Below are positions 12,446-25,189 of a stretch of 64,000 nt of DNA, in pieces. Each line of letters starts with the position of its first letter. Positions within the stretch are counted from its first letter, which is position 1. The notes under the pieces were generated by a model that was not told the DNA's origin, made no database searches, and worked only from the letters and a program-made list of their open reading frames with translations. This stretch comes from Lama glama (Eukaryota), in assembly GCA_028534125.1 (NCBI GenBank), contig CM052831.1:248001-312000 (forward strand). The letters are read 5' to 3'. A program made the translations under genes and the position numbers.

Positions 12446-13444
12446 CCTCCAAAGTCTAAAACATATCAAAAGACTGTACACAGAAACGCGTATAAAACGC
12501 ACGACACCCCCCCGCGGCTGGAACCCATGGGGCAGCCCGCCCCCGGCGGCCAGGGCTCACTTCCCACCGCCTCTCATCTCAGAAGGAGCCGCGGGGCTCC
12601 AGGGGCTCCACTCGGTCTCAAGGGGCCCGCCGTGCGGGTGTGGAAGCGCCCACAGGAGACCCACGGCGGGGCTGGGCTGTACCTGGGGCCCGTCCACCAC
12701 TCGCCATCTGTGCTCGGGGAACTGCGGCAGCCCAGCGTCACAGAGCTGGCGAGAGAACGGACAGGGTCAGGGTCAGGGTCCGCGAGCGCCCCTCCTGCAG
12801 CCGCCCCAACCCCCGCCCTGCCGGGCCTGGCTGGCGACAAGTGACTGCTGCTCAGGCAGAACAAGTGAGCCCTGGCTCCGTGGACGAGGGGCTGCCACGT
12901 CTCTTATGGCTGACAGAAACACAGAGGAATTCGCTTTTTAAAAAATTGTGGTAAAGTAAGAGTTAACTTTTTAAATAACAAGCATCACCAACGAATCTAA
13001 CCTGCACCACAGAGAAAAGCTACAGGGCCATTCACACCGGAGACCGAGGAAAGCCCCTCCGAAGGGCCTCTGGTCAAGTGACTTCAAATTACGTCACAGT
13101 AAACGTCCAGCTGATATAAATACAACTAAAGCGTGTTAACTGTCGAGCCTGAGAATCGAAGAAGTGCTCTTTCAACTCTCTACAAACCAGGCTCGCAGAC
13201 CACCCCCTTCTCCTGTTAATTCTCATTAAATTTTCTGCGTAGTTCTGGTTTGTCAAATCTTAACGACAGCTGCTGTCGCGATTCCTCCTGGCCACGAGCA
13301 TGTCTAAGGACCGACACTGCGTGACAAACTCAAGGGCAGGACATTTCAACGTTGTCAAATACCCCAGATGTTCTTCAGGAAAAGACACACGTTGTCACGA
13401 AATCACAGAACTCACAAAGACCTTAGAAATCGTGTCGCCCAAAG

Positions 13445-13555
13445 ACCCTCATTTTAGAAACAAGTGAGAATTTAAGGCTCAGACAGGGTCAGCGATTTGC
13501 TCAAGGCTGTGAAACCTAGTCAGTTCCAGCCTGGAGGGCAGGATGCAGATTTCCA
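13445..13555 (-). mobile_element. MIR SINE remnant in the ZXDC short-isoform 3' UTR
   Basis: ctcattttagaaac...aaggctcagacagggtcagcgatttgctcaaggct. Confidence 0.55.
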
Positions 13556-13684
13556 GAGCGCGGCCCAGGCTCTGTCCTGCCGCGCACCAGAGAGAACGTC
13601 TGCACAGAAAGGGTTATCCGAAACACCGCCAGGCGGCTGTGAGGCGAGAGCTACGTGCTGGTGACTGAACAGAGCGCGTCATAC

Positions 13685-14316
13685 CAAGTACAAGCTGCCG
13701 GTCCCCGCACCGCGCCCCACGTCTCTCTGGGGACTGGGCTCCTCCACGGGTCGGGCCGCCCCTCCACTGTGCTGCGGCCGCCCGGCAGCGTCGGGGCCAG
13801 GAGGCAAGTCCGGCTCCACTTTGATTGGAACCAGCAGCTCCGGGACACTGGTGCTTCCCTGGGGGCTGCCTGCCGAGGTCAGCAGGGAGGCGCTGGCGGC
13901 AGGACTGCTGCTGGCGGTCAAGGCCTGTGGGTCCTGGCTCAAGTTCCCCAGGGGCAGAGCCAGGAGACAGCCCAGCGCGCCCGCAGCCTGCACGTCGTCC
14001 ACAACAAAGCTGCTCGGCTGCAGGACTGCGGCTGCCGTCCCGAGGACGAGGGGGCCGTCCAGGCTCGGGGGAATGTCACTGTGGGCCACCAAGACCAGCG
14101 GGTCCATCGGCCCCAAGGACCCATGACTGGCAGGGAGGCTCCCTCCGAGAGAGGAGCTCACAGAAGTCACGTCGATGGTCAGGATTCCAGCGCTCAGCAC
14201 CTCGTCAGGGGCCCCGGCTGCACCACCGCCCTCCCCCGGTGGGTCGGAGAAGAGAGCTGCCAGGTCCGTGGGGCCACCGAGGCTGCTGGTGGGTGCGGCC
14301 AGCGGAGGAAAGAGGT
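13685..14316 (-). CDS. ZXDC: ZXDC exon 6 (activation-domain region); donor read-through GTA TGA ends the short isoform at 13679
   Basis: ccttttccag|AC; DLAALFSD...GILTIDVTSVSSSLGG...PIKVEPD...GTGSLYL|gtatga. Confidence 0.95.
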
Positions 14317-16563
14317 CTGGAAAAGGAACGGGGAGCTCTGGTTACCTTGGGCCCCTACAAGACCGGGAAGTTCTGTCAAGCTGCTGGTGAGTGGGCGTCC
14401 AGGGCACCCCTGCTGACTCCCCGCACCCGCTGCCTGGCCCTGTGGGCGCCACAGCCACCAGGCGCTCTGCGCCACTGCCCCAGTCCTCCAGACCAAGGGA
14501 GGGACGTTTCCTAAGGTTATGTTACCCAGTACCAGGGACACAAGACTTGGAATCCCACTCTCCCCAACCTCAACACTGTCTTCTCTCTGCCACACCATAG
14601 GAGCTGCCCAGAGGACCGTGAACTCCCCCGGAGCACAGCCCTTCAGGAGCCGGGCACACGTGGTCTCGGCTCTGGGGACACCGCAGAGTCGGCCTGTGTC
14701 AGTCGACGACTCACTCAACCCTCCACCCGGCTGCACAGCAAGCCGCCACGTCAGAGCAGACCTCAGCCACCTGCGGGGGCCAGTGGGGAAGGGGCCTGCC
14801 TCGTCTGACTGCGGGCTGGCCCCACAGGGCCCCCGACGGCCCCAGCCACTCTGCTGCCCAAATCTCACGCTCCCTGAGCAGCGGGCACGGGCCTGGCCTG
14901 AGGCAGCACTTAGTAGCTTGAGTAGAAGTTAAGTCTAGCAGCATCCCTCTTCATTCAGTCTTCACCGTGCGTCCTAACACCCTTCCGATATCTGTTATTC
15001 AATTAATTTAAACAATCAGAGTACCCTTGGGGAAATGATGAACACTAACACACTTTTAAAAAGTGCCAGTGAACGCTCACCTTGGGAGCTGCGCACAAGC
15101 CCACCCGGTCAGCCCGAGCCCAGGGCTCCCCAGGCCCCGGGCAAACAGGGGCAGAGGCACAAAGAACTCGCGCAGCGGAGCCCAGCGAGGCCCTTCGCCA
15201 TCCCTCCGGCACGACCGCCCACACCCTCCGGCAGCGTCTCCCAAACCCGCACTTCCGGCACGGACCTGCGACGTTTCCAACGCAAACCCACCACAGAAAT
15301 CCACTCTGCGCACCACCCCCACCATGAAAGCATACCAACCAACACCAGACCGCACCCTCAGTGGGCGCGCTGCTCCCAAGTTCAGAAACCGGCCCAGCGG
15401 CTACTGCTTTGGAGCTTCCAGCACCAACGAGACGTTTTAAAAGAAACAGCACTAATTCTCTGGAGAAATTAAAAATGGAAAACTGTGTCTTTTTCAAGAC
15501 CTTCCAAAGATTCCCTTGACTAAATCTCAAGGATTCAGCTCCCTGTGAAACTATAAAAATAATCTCATGCAAAGAGTTTCTGATTAAGCATTTTCCTAAC
15601 CCCACAAACATTCACTGAGACCTGCTACATGTGAAGACCAGACACTCAAAGACCACGACAGAGACACGACCGCAGAGCGGCCTGGCTGCAGCACCTCCCG
15701 CCAGTGCGACCTCAGGCACATGCTCCTCCCTCCTCAGCCAGCCGGTGAGGGCGGCAAGACCCACCCAGGACCACGTCAGCGGCGCCCTGACACCAGCCCC
15801 GGGCCTGGCAGTCAGCCCAGGATACGGACACCCGCCAGCACCCACTTCTCACGAGGTGAGACTGTGACAGCCTGTCACCTACCGACACACGGCCACGTCA
15901 CACCACGTCCAAAGGCCTGCGACACGTGGCTCGCAGACCAGCGCCTGTCACACAACCAGGCCCCGCCAGGTGCAGCAAGTCTCTCGGGCCCCAGGGAGCA
16001 GGGCTGGGAAGGGCTCTAGGGCAGAGGCAGCCACGGGGCCCCCCGACTCCCCAAGCCCTGTCAGGGGACGTGCACTTGGCCTGGACAGGCAGGGTTCTAA
16101 GTCCCAGGCCGCCAGGGAGCGGGACGGCCAGGCTCCACGTGCCCAGAGTCATCCCCCTGGGCGACCACGAGATTCTGGTCCCCTCTCTGCCCTCCCGACA
16201 CGGTCTGTTCTGTCTTCAAGTTCGAGGACTTCCCTGGGCCACAGGATGGACAGGAGTAGGCAGTGGGACTAAGACTCGGAACTCAGGACAGGTCGCATGG
16301 GCGGAGGATGAGGAGACAAGGCCAGAGAGGCCAACTATGCAGAAGACAGACAGCCTTCAAGGGCAGCACTTCAGAGACAAGGGAGTGGTTACGGGTCAGA
16401 GGCAGGAGAGGCCAGGAGGCACGGCAGCTGTGGCGCCCGGCCTGGGAGAGGGCACCGGACAGGAGCCACCTAACCACGTGCCAGATGACCTCTGAGCGGA
16501 GCCAAGGAAGGACCCGCATCTGGTCTCACGTGTCCCGCCCTCAGAGGGGTGAACGGAGCCGAC

Positions 16564-16734
16564 CTGGGGGCCGGCGGTGCTGTCTGACCATGTGCGCCTT
16601 CATGCTGTGCTTGGAGGTGAAGAGCCGGTCACAGCTGGAGACGGGACACCGGCTTTTCGGGGCAGCCACGTCCTGCAGGTGCTTCTTGGAATGAATGTAG
16701 AGACTGCTCCGTGCGGAGAACCTGGCGCAGCACC
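16564..16734 (-). CDS. ZXDC: ZXDC exon 5 (zinc fingers)
   Basis: cttgcccag|GG; CCARFSARSSLYIHSKKH...CPVSSCDRLFTSKHSMKAHMVRQH; donor gtcggc. Confidence 0.95.
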
Positions 16735-19700
16735 CTGGGCAAGAGAGAGGCACACGCGTTGGACAGAGGCCCAGAAATGGGTCACACGTCCGTCCTGTCG
16801 GGACCCAGACAGGCACGTCCTGCTCTGGCCTCTGGCAAATGCCCCAGGCAACATCCCCGGGAACTGCACTCAAAAGCAAACCCTGTTTTTAAATGCAGAC
16901 GTGAGGTCCAGCATCAGCCACGGGCAAGATGCAGCCCTGGACGAGTTAACTCGGCCTGTTCCTGCGCCACCAGAGCGGCTGCCAACGTGCCCTTCCCCCG
17001 CTGTGCCACCCTGATCCTCCCCACCGGGCCCACCCAAAGAAAACCCTGATGCTCTGTCCTCTGGGCTTGGGGACCATCTCCACAGACCAGGAAAGCCATG
17101 TCCTCTCATTTCACCACCGAGAGACTGATGCCCATAGGGACTGGCACCCAGAGAAGAGGCCGGAGCCAGCGTGACCAGTCAGAGCAGGTACACACACTGC
17201 CAGAGGGACACCAGGCACAGCAAGGGACGGTACCCTCCTCTGCACCCCGATTTCCCACCACTGGGGCTCCCCTGCAGGGACACAGCCATGAGCGTGTGAC
17301 CTGGTGGGGACACGTAAGCCACCAGCCGCCTAAGGAAGGGGGATGAGGCCAGGGGTCTGGCCGACAAGTGTCCCAGAAGCAGAGGACAGCACCCCCGAGG
17401 GGGAGGTCTCAGGAGATGGCACATCTGAGGTGACAAGGGGTGGCCCCACAGCCAGGAAGGTGTCCGGCTGAGGGGGTGCCATGTGAGGGCACGGGGACCA
17501 CAAAGAGACTGTGGGCGCTGGAGCCCAACTCTGTCCCAGGCCTCCGTGGTGCAGCCTCCCCTCCCTTCCAGGTCTCCAGCCTTTCCGTCAGGCGGGGACT
17601 AAAGCTCCAAGCTAGTCACGGCAGGCCCGTCTCGGGAGGCGAGGGGTTGCCGGGGCCCAGGGCCATGTGAGGACAGGCTGGCTGCCTCTGAGAGGAGTTC
17701 TGAACTTCATTTTCAAACAAAGCTTCAAACTTGTTTCCAGGTCAGGCTCTAGACAGCCGTGTGGGAAACAACAGAGAGACAGCAGAGGCCCCGGCCGCAC
17801 CCCGGGGTCCGTGCCCAGGCCGGCGGGCTCCATGTGGTGCAGGGGCGCGGGCATCATGCGGTCCCTCACGCGCTCCCAGCGCGGACTCAGGGCACACTTC
17901 CTGTCACACCGCCCTCCCCAGCGCAGGGACGCCCACCACACTCCTGCCAGCAGAGTTTCCCTCTGTAGAGATACCTGCTAACGCAACAGCGGTCAAACAC
18001 CTCTCATTCTAATCCGCCTTTCCCTCTGCGGCCGGAGTGTGGTCACTTTCCACGTGTGTCAGTGCCTGCCTTTCCCTAACTGCAACACAGTCTACTGAGA
18101 TTCACGCCAGTTCTTTGCAAATCAAAGACACACAGTCTCCCACATTCACACCAAGTTACCGCCACCCAGGGGGGTGGGTAGAAACAACTCATCAAAGACA
18201 ATCTTCCCTCCAAACCCCAACCCCCCGAGGGTCCACTCCAGTCACACCCACCACGCACACAGGCAGACTGGCAGACTGGAGACTCGCGAGGCCCCGCCAC
18301 ACACACGCTGCCCCTCCCCACACCTTCACTGCTGAGCTCACCGTCCTCTCCTCCTCCTGTGGAAAGTGGCCGGTGGCAGTTTTTTAACTTTTTAATACAG
18401 AACGTTTCAAACGTCTACAAAATCAGAGAAAGCCATAGATTTCTCCAGACTCAAGAACTGTCAGCTGTCAGCAAGTCTGAGAAAGGGTTCTGGGGCCCCT
18501 CCGCCTCCACTCCCTTGAAAAGAGCGCCTCTGATCAACCATGCTGACCACCCTCTGCCACTCCCTGCTTACCCCCTACGTCAGAGGGGCTCAGAGCTCGC
18601 GAGGGTGCAGCTCCCAGGAGGAAACCCCTGCAGCCAGCTCCAGTCCTGCCCCTCTCCCTCCACTACCTCTAGAGCTGGGTGGGCACAGCCGTCCCCGCCT
18701 CACCTGGGCTCTCCAGGGTCCTCGCCAACCACTGCCCTCAGCTCCTCACGCCGGCCCACCTGCCTCCTTCCCCAAACATCGTCCTACCTCAGCCCCAGGG
18801 CCCACCTGTGCCTCGGGCCCTCCTCAGGCCCTCCCAGAGCTCCCTCCACCTTCCTCCCAGAGTTCATGGCAAGCCCTGCAGCCAGGCCTTCGGTTTGTAT
18901 CGAGAAGCAGTATCACAGCAGCAATGGGTGAAACTTACTGATGTATTCTCACACCCTAATTAAACTTGCCCACCAACCAGGCCCTCACTTCACAGGTGAG
19001 CTTGTCCGGGTCACAGAGCTGTCGCGCAGACCTAGACTGGAGTCTGGCAACACGCTCCACTGCCGGGCCCCGCCGTGCGGGCATATGGCATGCACTGCTC
19101 CTCCAGACCCGTGTCCGCTGCCAGGGCTCCATGAGGTGTGCCTCACTCCCCGCTCGCCCAGAGCCCCACAGGACATCCCCGCGTCCTGAACATCCGCACA
19201 TAGAAAGCCCGTGGGGACGAACCTCCAAGTCACACCCAACTCCTGCGTCCCCACCCGCCACTGAGCACCGTCCAACTCCCGACTGCCTCGTCTACACCGT
19301 CTCCCCTTCCCACCACCAAAGCCCATCTGCCCAGGACACCGGCGGGCGCCTGAACTCCAGCGTGGTCCATCACCTCTGCCTGGAGCACTCAGCTGGCTGC
19401 CCTGCGGCTCTGGGAGACTCACCCACACCGGCCCTCCTGCCTCTACCCCTAGCCATCTCTTACTCACGCCCCGAGGCCCAAGAACTGTTCAGGTGACCTC
19501 CTCTGTGCACCAAGCCCCTGCGTGTCAGTTGCCTACCTGTCACACCCCAACTGGAGCCCTGATGGACGCAGAACCCAGTCTGGGTGAGAACACCTGCCAC
19601 ACGTCTCCTGCACTCTAGGAACCGGATGGCTACTACTAGGTCTTTACTATCCCCTTCTCCAGAAAAGGAACCTCAGGCACAGAGAAGCTTACTTGAGGTC

Positions 19701-20218
19701 ACCAACTTCAGGAGCGTGGGGTCAGGATTCAACTCCACCAGCACAGGCTGACCAGCCCACAGGCCCAGTCCATCCGCAACACTGGCAGCCAGCACGGACA
19801 GCCCCCGAGGCACCAGGGAGTGCATCGAGCTTTCAGGCTCTGAGAGCATAACCAGCCCGGCTCTGCTGCTGCCCAGGCCCCGCACAAGGAGCTGCGCTCA
19901 CCGAGTCCACAACCCGTGCCAGACTCCAAACAGGCACTTTTCACACGTCACATCACAACCGCTGAACTCTCACATCACAGCCACCAAATCAAACAGGCAG
20001 CTCAGCAGAGCTGTGGCCGGTTTAGTGAGAGCTCCATGGGGCCAAGAGTCAAGCGGGCCTGGCTGTGAAGTTTGCTCACGAAGGGAGAGCAGTCTGCTAA
20101 CCCCGCTCAAGTCAGCACGATGCCGCAGCTCCCATGCCCCGCTGTGAAGGACTTATACCCGCACAGAGCAAGGGCACACAGTGCCAGCCCACAGCGCTGG
20201 GTGGCAGGTGCCACCTAC

Positions 20219-20349
20219 CTTCCACGGGGCAGACGAAGGGCTTGGTGCCCAGGTGCGTGACGCTGTGGCCCTTAAGGTGCTCCGCCCGCGTGAACGACTT
20301 CCCACAGCCCTCGACAGGGCAGGTGAACCTCCGGTCATCCTCATGCTTC
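20219..20349 (-). CDS. ZXDC: ZXDC exon 4 (zinc finger)
   Basis: KHEDDRRFTCPVEGCGKSFTRAEHLKGHSVTHLGTKPFVCPVE; cag|G and G|gtaggt. Confidence 0.95.
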
Positions 20350-21260
20350 CTGCCCGGACAGAAAGGCAGCGGTGAGCACTCGCAGCCAGGGACACCAGGC
20401 TTTGGGGCCCACTACCCGTCTAAAGGTCTGCAGGACAGACCAAACTACAAAGTCTTTGAGTTTAATTAAAAAAAAAAAAACACACTTCAAAAAAGTCATA
20501 ATTTTCTCTCCAGCCCACACGGGCAGATCCACTGCCCTGTAATCAGAAATTCCACTGTAATGACGAGGCCAACCCTATGGTCAGACATGGAGCCACTGTG
20601 CTGCGTCAGTCCAGGGACAGTGGCTCCCAAGGGGCTGATGAAGCCACTCCCACTGTTCAGAAGCCCCTAAACTAAACAAGCGCTCCGCACCACGGAGGAC
20701 GGTGAGACCACAGTGCCGTAGGCGCCCTCAGCCCACGCGGAAGCGGGGGTTCCCTCCGGGTGGTGCTTTTATGTTGAGCGCTGCGAGCCCCGGCGTGTGA
20801 GCAGGGATGAACGGCCAGCCTCTCCAGGTCCCTGAGCAGAACGGGAGCTGTCAGAGCTGCTGTGGAGCCTGAACGAGGGCCACGGGCCATGGGCCACATG
20901 CTGAACGTCACTGCACAGGCCCAGCCCACCAAGGGCGTCGCCACCGCCACCGCCACGGGAGGTTTGTAAAGACACAAGGAAGGCTTGTTCTGTGATGTTA
21001 ATTTTTTACAATATCAAGTTGTGTATTAAGTGTACGCATCAAACTTAGCAGAGTATACACAGAAAAAACTGACTTCAGGTGATCAGATTCTGAGAGGTTT
21101 CCTTCTTATAAGCTTTCTGAATTATCAACATCATCCACGCGGGGCTTCATTTTTTGTAACTTAACAAAGACCACAGATTATCGTATCCACGGGCTCCTCT
21201 TACTGACAAACAATTCAGTCACTTTCGAGTCTCAGAACTCAACCAAAACGTCAAGATCAC

Positions 21261-21339
21261 CTTTTGTGCCTCAGGAGTTTGGACATGCTGGTGAAGGTCC
21301 AGCCGCAGCTGTCAGAGTCACAGACAAAAGGCCTTTCTC
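21261..21339 (-). CDS. ZXDC: ZXDC exon 3 (zinc finger)
   Basis: ERPFVCDSDSCGWTFTSMSKLLRHK; ttctcag|GA and AG|gtgatc. Confidence 0.95.
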
Positions 21340-21423
21340 CTGAGAAGGGAAGACACGCCAGCACGTGAGTACAGATGGGGGCTGTCGGCGGGTGGGGGTC
21401 CGGCCCCCATCGCCCACTCTCAC

Positions 21424-21576
21424 CTGTGTGGCTCCGCAGGTGTATTTTCAGGCGACAGGCTTTGTCGTACTGCTTGCTACACCCAGGGAAGGAGCAGGAA
21501 AAGAGCTCCTGCTCCCGGAAGTGGGCCCGGTTGTGGGAGAAGAGCGCGCTCACAGTGATGAAGGTCTTCTCGCAGC
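21424..21576 (-). CDS. ZXDC: ZXDC exon 2 (zinc fingers)
   Basis: CEKTFITVSALFSHNRAHFREQELFSCSFPGCSKQYDKACRLKIHLRSHT; GT-AG flanks. Confidence 0.95.
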
Positions 21577-23698
21577 CTGAACAGGAGACACAGACCTGCT
21601 CACCGTCGGGACAGAAATCACATCACAGCTAAACAGTCACCACCCGGGCGGCTGCTCCCACCCAAGCAGACGAGGAAGAAGGTGACTCTGGAGCACTCCA
21701 GGCAGTTGTGACACTGGAGTCTGTGGCGGGACGGCTCACGTCGAGGTGGCTGGGGACAAGCACTGGGTGCACCCAGGCCACCTGTCCTGACGTGACTCAC
21801 AGAGGAGGCATCTGATCCAAAGTCCTCCAGGCACAGCCATCTGTCCCCAGTCTGTGCACAGACCCCACCTCCACTGAGAACTCAACTGCCAAAGCTGCCC
21901 CATGGGAGACCAAGAAAACCAAGGAGAGAAATCAGGCACCAAGGAAGCAAGCTGGCCTGGGAGGGCCGCAGAGCACCACGCAGTGAGACTCACCCGCGGA
22001 AGAGGTGCTGCACCTCTGCCGTTAGGAACGTCCTCCCCGACACCCTCCCCACGCGGCACCCAGCCTCTCTCCTCTTCCCTCTGCCTGCCTCCTCAGGGCT
22101 CCTGCTCTGGCAAAGCCACGGGGTCACCCCACTCCCATGGCCTTACCGGCACTTGCATCGTCTACTGGGCTGAGCCCCCAAACTTCGCAGGTCACTAGTT
22201 CCCAAACAGGGCAGAGTGTACGGGGCTGCAAGGTGCTCAGCAGGGGTCTCTGCTGCCTTCATCGCGCGCCTGGTGCGCGTCCACACCGAGCAGAGGCATA
22301 CTGCGCGGCCCTGCGCAGAAGCACCGGCCCAGAAGCCCCGCCCTCCTAGCATCACCTCACTGGGAAGTGCCTGTCTTCCCAAATGCCCCCAGCCCCCCTC
22401 TCTGGCATAAATCTACCCCTCCTTCCCTATTTCTGGCTTTGGTGTCTTCACATACACAGTCTCTCTGCTTCAGTGAGAACCACCCTACCCCAAAGGACAG
22501 TCAAGCCTCTGGCCCCACTTCTGCCATCTTTCGCACCCAGAGCCCGCTGCTTCCAACTGGGTCAGCCCTCAGGACTCAGCTCTGGGTCCCTCTTCTGCTC
22601 CCACTCTGACACCCCACCCATCATTCACCTGAAAACCCTCAGGGTGACCTCAGGCCCTGAAGCAGGCTGCACCCCTGACCCTCCCAACACTATACCCAGA
22701 AGGACGCTCTCTGGGCCTCTGACTGGAGAGCCGGACGTCAGTCACCGTCAGATTCCAAGTGCAGGACTGAGAAAGGTGTTGAACCAATGGCCAAAAGCCA
22801 TGCTCTCCAGGAAGAAGGGGAGCACAGGACAGCCCACAGGCACCGGCGAGGAGAACACTAGAACCTGGAAACACCTGACTCTTGTTTCGCTTTCCAAAGC
22901 CCTACATTTGACCATGTTTCACAACATATTCGTTATTAGGAAAGCGTTGCAGGTATATGACACGAGAGAGTCGCTGGGCGTGTGCTAGGCACACACGGGA
23001 ACTTTTCTTTTAACTAAGGGGATGCGGGGGGCCTCCGCACCTGTCTGTCCTCACAGCCCAGGTCCCCTGCCTGCCGCGCCCCGCAGCTGCGCCGGCCAGT
23101 ACTGCCTTCCCGCAACCCCCCAGCCCCTCCTTCCCAGGCAGGAATCTTCCCCTCCAGAGGCCCCTGTCCCTCTGGGAGCAGCTCAATCTGCCTATCCTGG
23201 TGGCAGAGCTCACAGGCACCCACGGCGGGAAGGACCCCCTCCACCGGGTTTTATCCACCCTGCTCGGGCCTCAGTCTCTTCATCTCTAAGATGAAGGCAT
23301 TCTCAGAACTTGACAAAACTTTACACCCAAACGAAATAAAAATTTTAAAGGCACAAAAACAGATGCACCATACACCCGCGATGATCCCCTCAGCGCCTGA
23401 AGGTCTTCCGTGGGGCCGGACCGCCCTGCGTCCCTGCAAGACGGAGCAAACCACGAGCCCAGGAAAATAAAGACCTGCCTGGCGACTCGAGTCTCGGGGA
23501 AGACTCCTCGGCAGCTTCATTAACCGGAAACACCTGAGGAGGTGCTGCCCTCCAGCTGGGGAAGGCACGATCTGAGCTACCGCGCAGCCCAAACCTCGCA
23601 GCGATGCAGGGTTCCGTGCAGGGCTCGGTGCCTCCCCAAAACCCGGGAAAGGGGAGGAGAAACGCAGAGGACCCCGCCCCCGCCGCCGCGCCGGTTAC

Positions 23699-24387
23699 CG
23701 GGAAAGTCNNNNNNNNNNNNNNNNNNNNNNNNNNNNNNNNNNNNNNNNNNNNNNNNNNNNNNNNNNNNNNNNNNNNNNNNNNNNNNNNNNNNNNNNNNNN
23801 NNNNNNNNNNNNNNNNNNNNNNNNNNNNNNNNNNNNNNNNNNNNNNNNNNNNNNNNNNNNNNNNNNTGCCGCAGCCGCCCACCGGGCAGCCGAAGGGCCG
23901 CAGCTTGTCGTGCGACTGCAGGTGCCGCTTGAGCTTGTAGGACGTGGTGAAGGCCCAGCCGCAGCCGTCCAGCGGGCACTTGAAGGGCCGCCGGCCCTGG
24001 CTGCCGCCGTGCGTCAGCAGGTGCACCTTGAGCTGGTGCTTCTTGGCGAAGGCGAGCGCGCACTGCGGCTCCGGGCAGCGGTAGCCGGGGCCGGCGGGCA
24101 CGCGGCGACCCTCGGCCGGGCTAGCGGCCTCCTGGCCGGGCGCCGGGCCCCGGGGCGGCGCGGCCAGCGCGAGGACGCCGCGCTCCAGGCGCACCAGCAG
24201 GTCCTGGCCGCCCGCGGCCCCGGGGCCCGCGAGGGGCGCGCCGGGCCGGGGGGCGAGGGCAGCGGCACCGGGAGCCTGCGCGGGGCAGCCGGCAGGGCTC
24301 GCGGCGCCGCCGGGCTCGGGCTCGGGCTCCCGCCGCCCGGGGGCCTCGGCCGCGCCGCGCGCCACTTCCAGCAGCACCACGAAGGAG

Positions 24388-24424
<37 letters not shown>

Positions 24425-24605
24425 CGGGGCCCGCCGCCCGGGCCTCCCCGCGCCGCGGCTCCTGCGCGCCGTCCTCGGGGCCCCGCAACAGCAGCAGGCG
24501 GCGGCGCGCGGGGCCCGGGGCTCTGCGGGTCCGGCCGGGGCCGCCACCCAGCTGGGGTCCGCGCGAGGCCAGGGCCGGAGCGGCGAGCGACGCCGGCGCG
24601 TCCAT
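23699..24605 (-). CDS. ZXDC: ZXDC exon 1 coding part (contains the N gap at 23709-23866)
   Basis: Kozak cccaagATGG; MDAPASL...YRCPEPQCALAFAKKHQLKVHLLTH...CPLDGCGWAFTTSYKLKRHLQSH...DFP G|gtaacc. Confidence 0.93.
24390..24422 (-). repeat. Pure (GGC)11 coding repeat encoding polyglycine
   Basis: 11 uninterrupted GGC codons between two GAC codons in ZXDC exon 1. Confidence 0.95.
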
Positions 24606-25189
24606 CTTGGGCCGCAGCGCGTCAGCCGCCGCCTCGCCGGAAGCACCGCCCCCGCCGCACGCCCGCCGAGCGCGACGCCCGCGGGTCGGCGCCAAAGCCC
24701 GGCGTGGAGCGCGGCGCGCGGGGCCTGCTGGGCCGCGTGACGTCAGCGCCGCGCCCGGCCCCGCCCCCGCCGCCTCGGTCGGCGCCGCCTGGCGTCTCGT
24801 CCGCGCCCGGGCCGACCGCGTCCACCTGCAGGTCCCCGGGAGGCGCCTGCGCCCGCCGCCCTGCCGGTTCTCCGCCGGCCGGCCGGCTCAGCCCTCCCGC
24901 GGGGCCCCGCCCCGCCCCCATACTCGTCTGCGCCCCGGCTCGTGGCTGCAGCGGCTGCTCGGCCCTTCGCGGTGGTCCGGGCTGTGCGTCTCCCTGGAGA
25001 AGGCCCCGTGAGGACGGCGGCCCTGCCTCGCTCCCAGCCCACGCCCGGAGGCCAGCGGCGGAGACTCGGTAGCCGGCCCCTGAGCTGACGGAGGCGCGCT
25101 CTACTCTTAAACGTACTTTAGAACAAGGTCCATCAGTAACGTCCGAGAAAACAGGAAACATCTTTGTGCGTGTATGCATTTAAGCCAAA

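Larger units (their letters stand above)
1989..24605 (-). other. ZXDC: ZXDC gene, coding span (C2H2 zinc-finger transcription factor); 10 exons, 2490 nt, 829 aa
   Basis: join of 24605-23699, 21576-21424, 21339-21261, 20349-20219, 16734-16564, 14316-13685, 12243-12159, 3836-3685, 3061-2960, 2066-1989; all introns GT-AG with consistent phases. Confidence 0.93.
23560..25100 (-). promoter_or_regulatory. ZXDC: ZXDC CpG island/promoter with a palindromic CRE (TGACGTCA, 24738-24745) and GC boxes
   Basis: Very high GC and CpG density; ccccgcccc boxes near 24760 and 24905; no TATA seen. Confidence 0.85.

Noticed and set aside
24606-24695. In-frame TTG-initiated 30-aa N-terminal extension of ZXDC in the ORF track
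   Set aside because: Artefact of allowing TTG starts; the ATG at 24605 has a strong Kozak context and matches the ortholog start, and the TTG may lie upstream of the TSS.
23604-24740. 378-aa plus-strand ORF and other long ORFs over ZXDC exon 1
   Set aside because: Antisense or shadow frames of a very GC-rich coding exon; stop codons are rare by composition and no protein family is recognisable.
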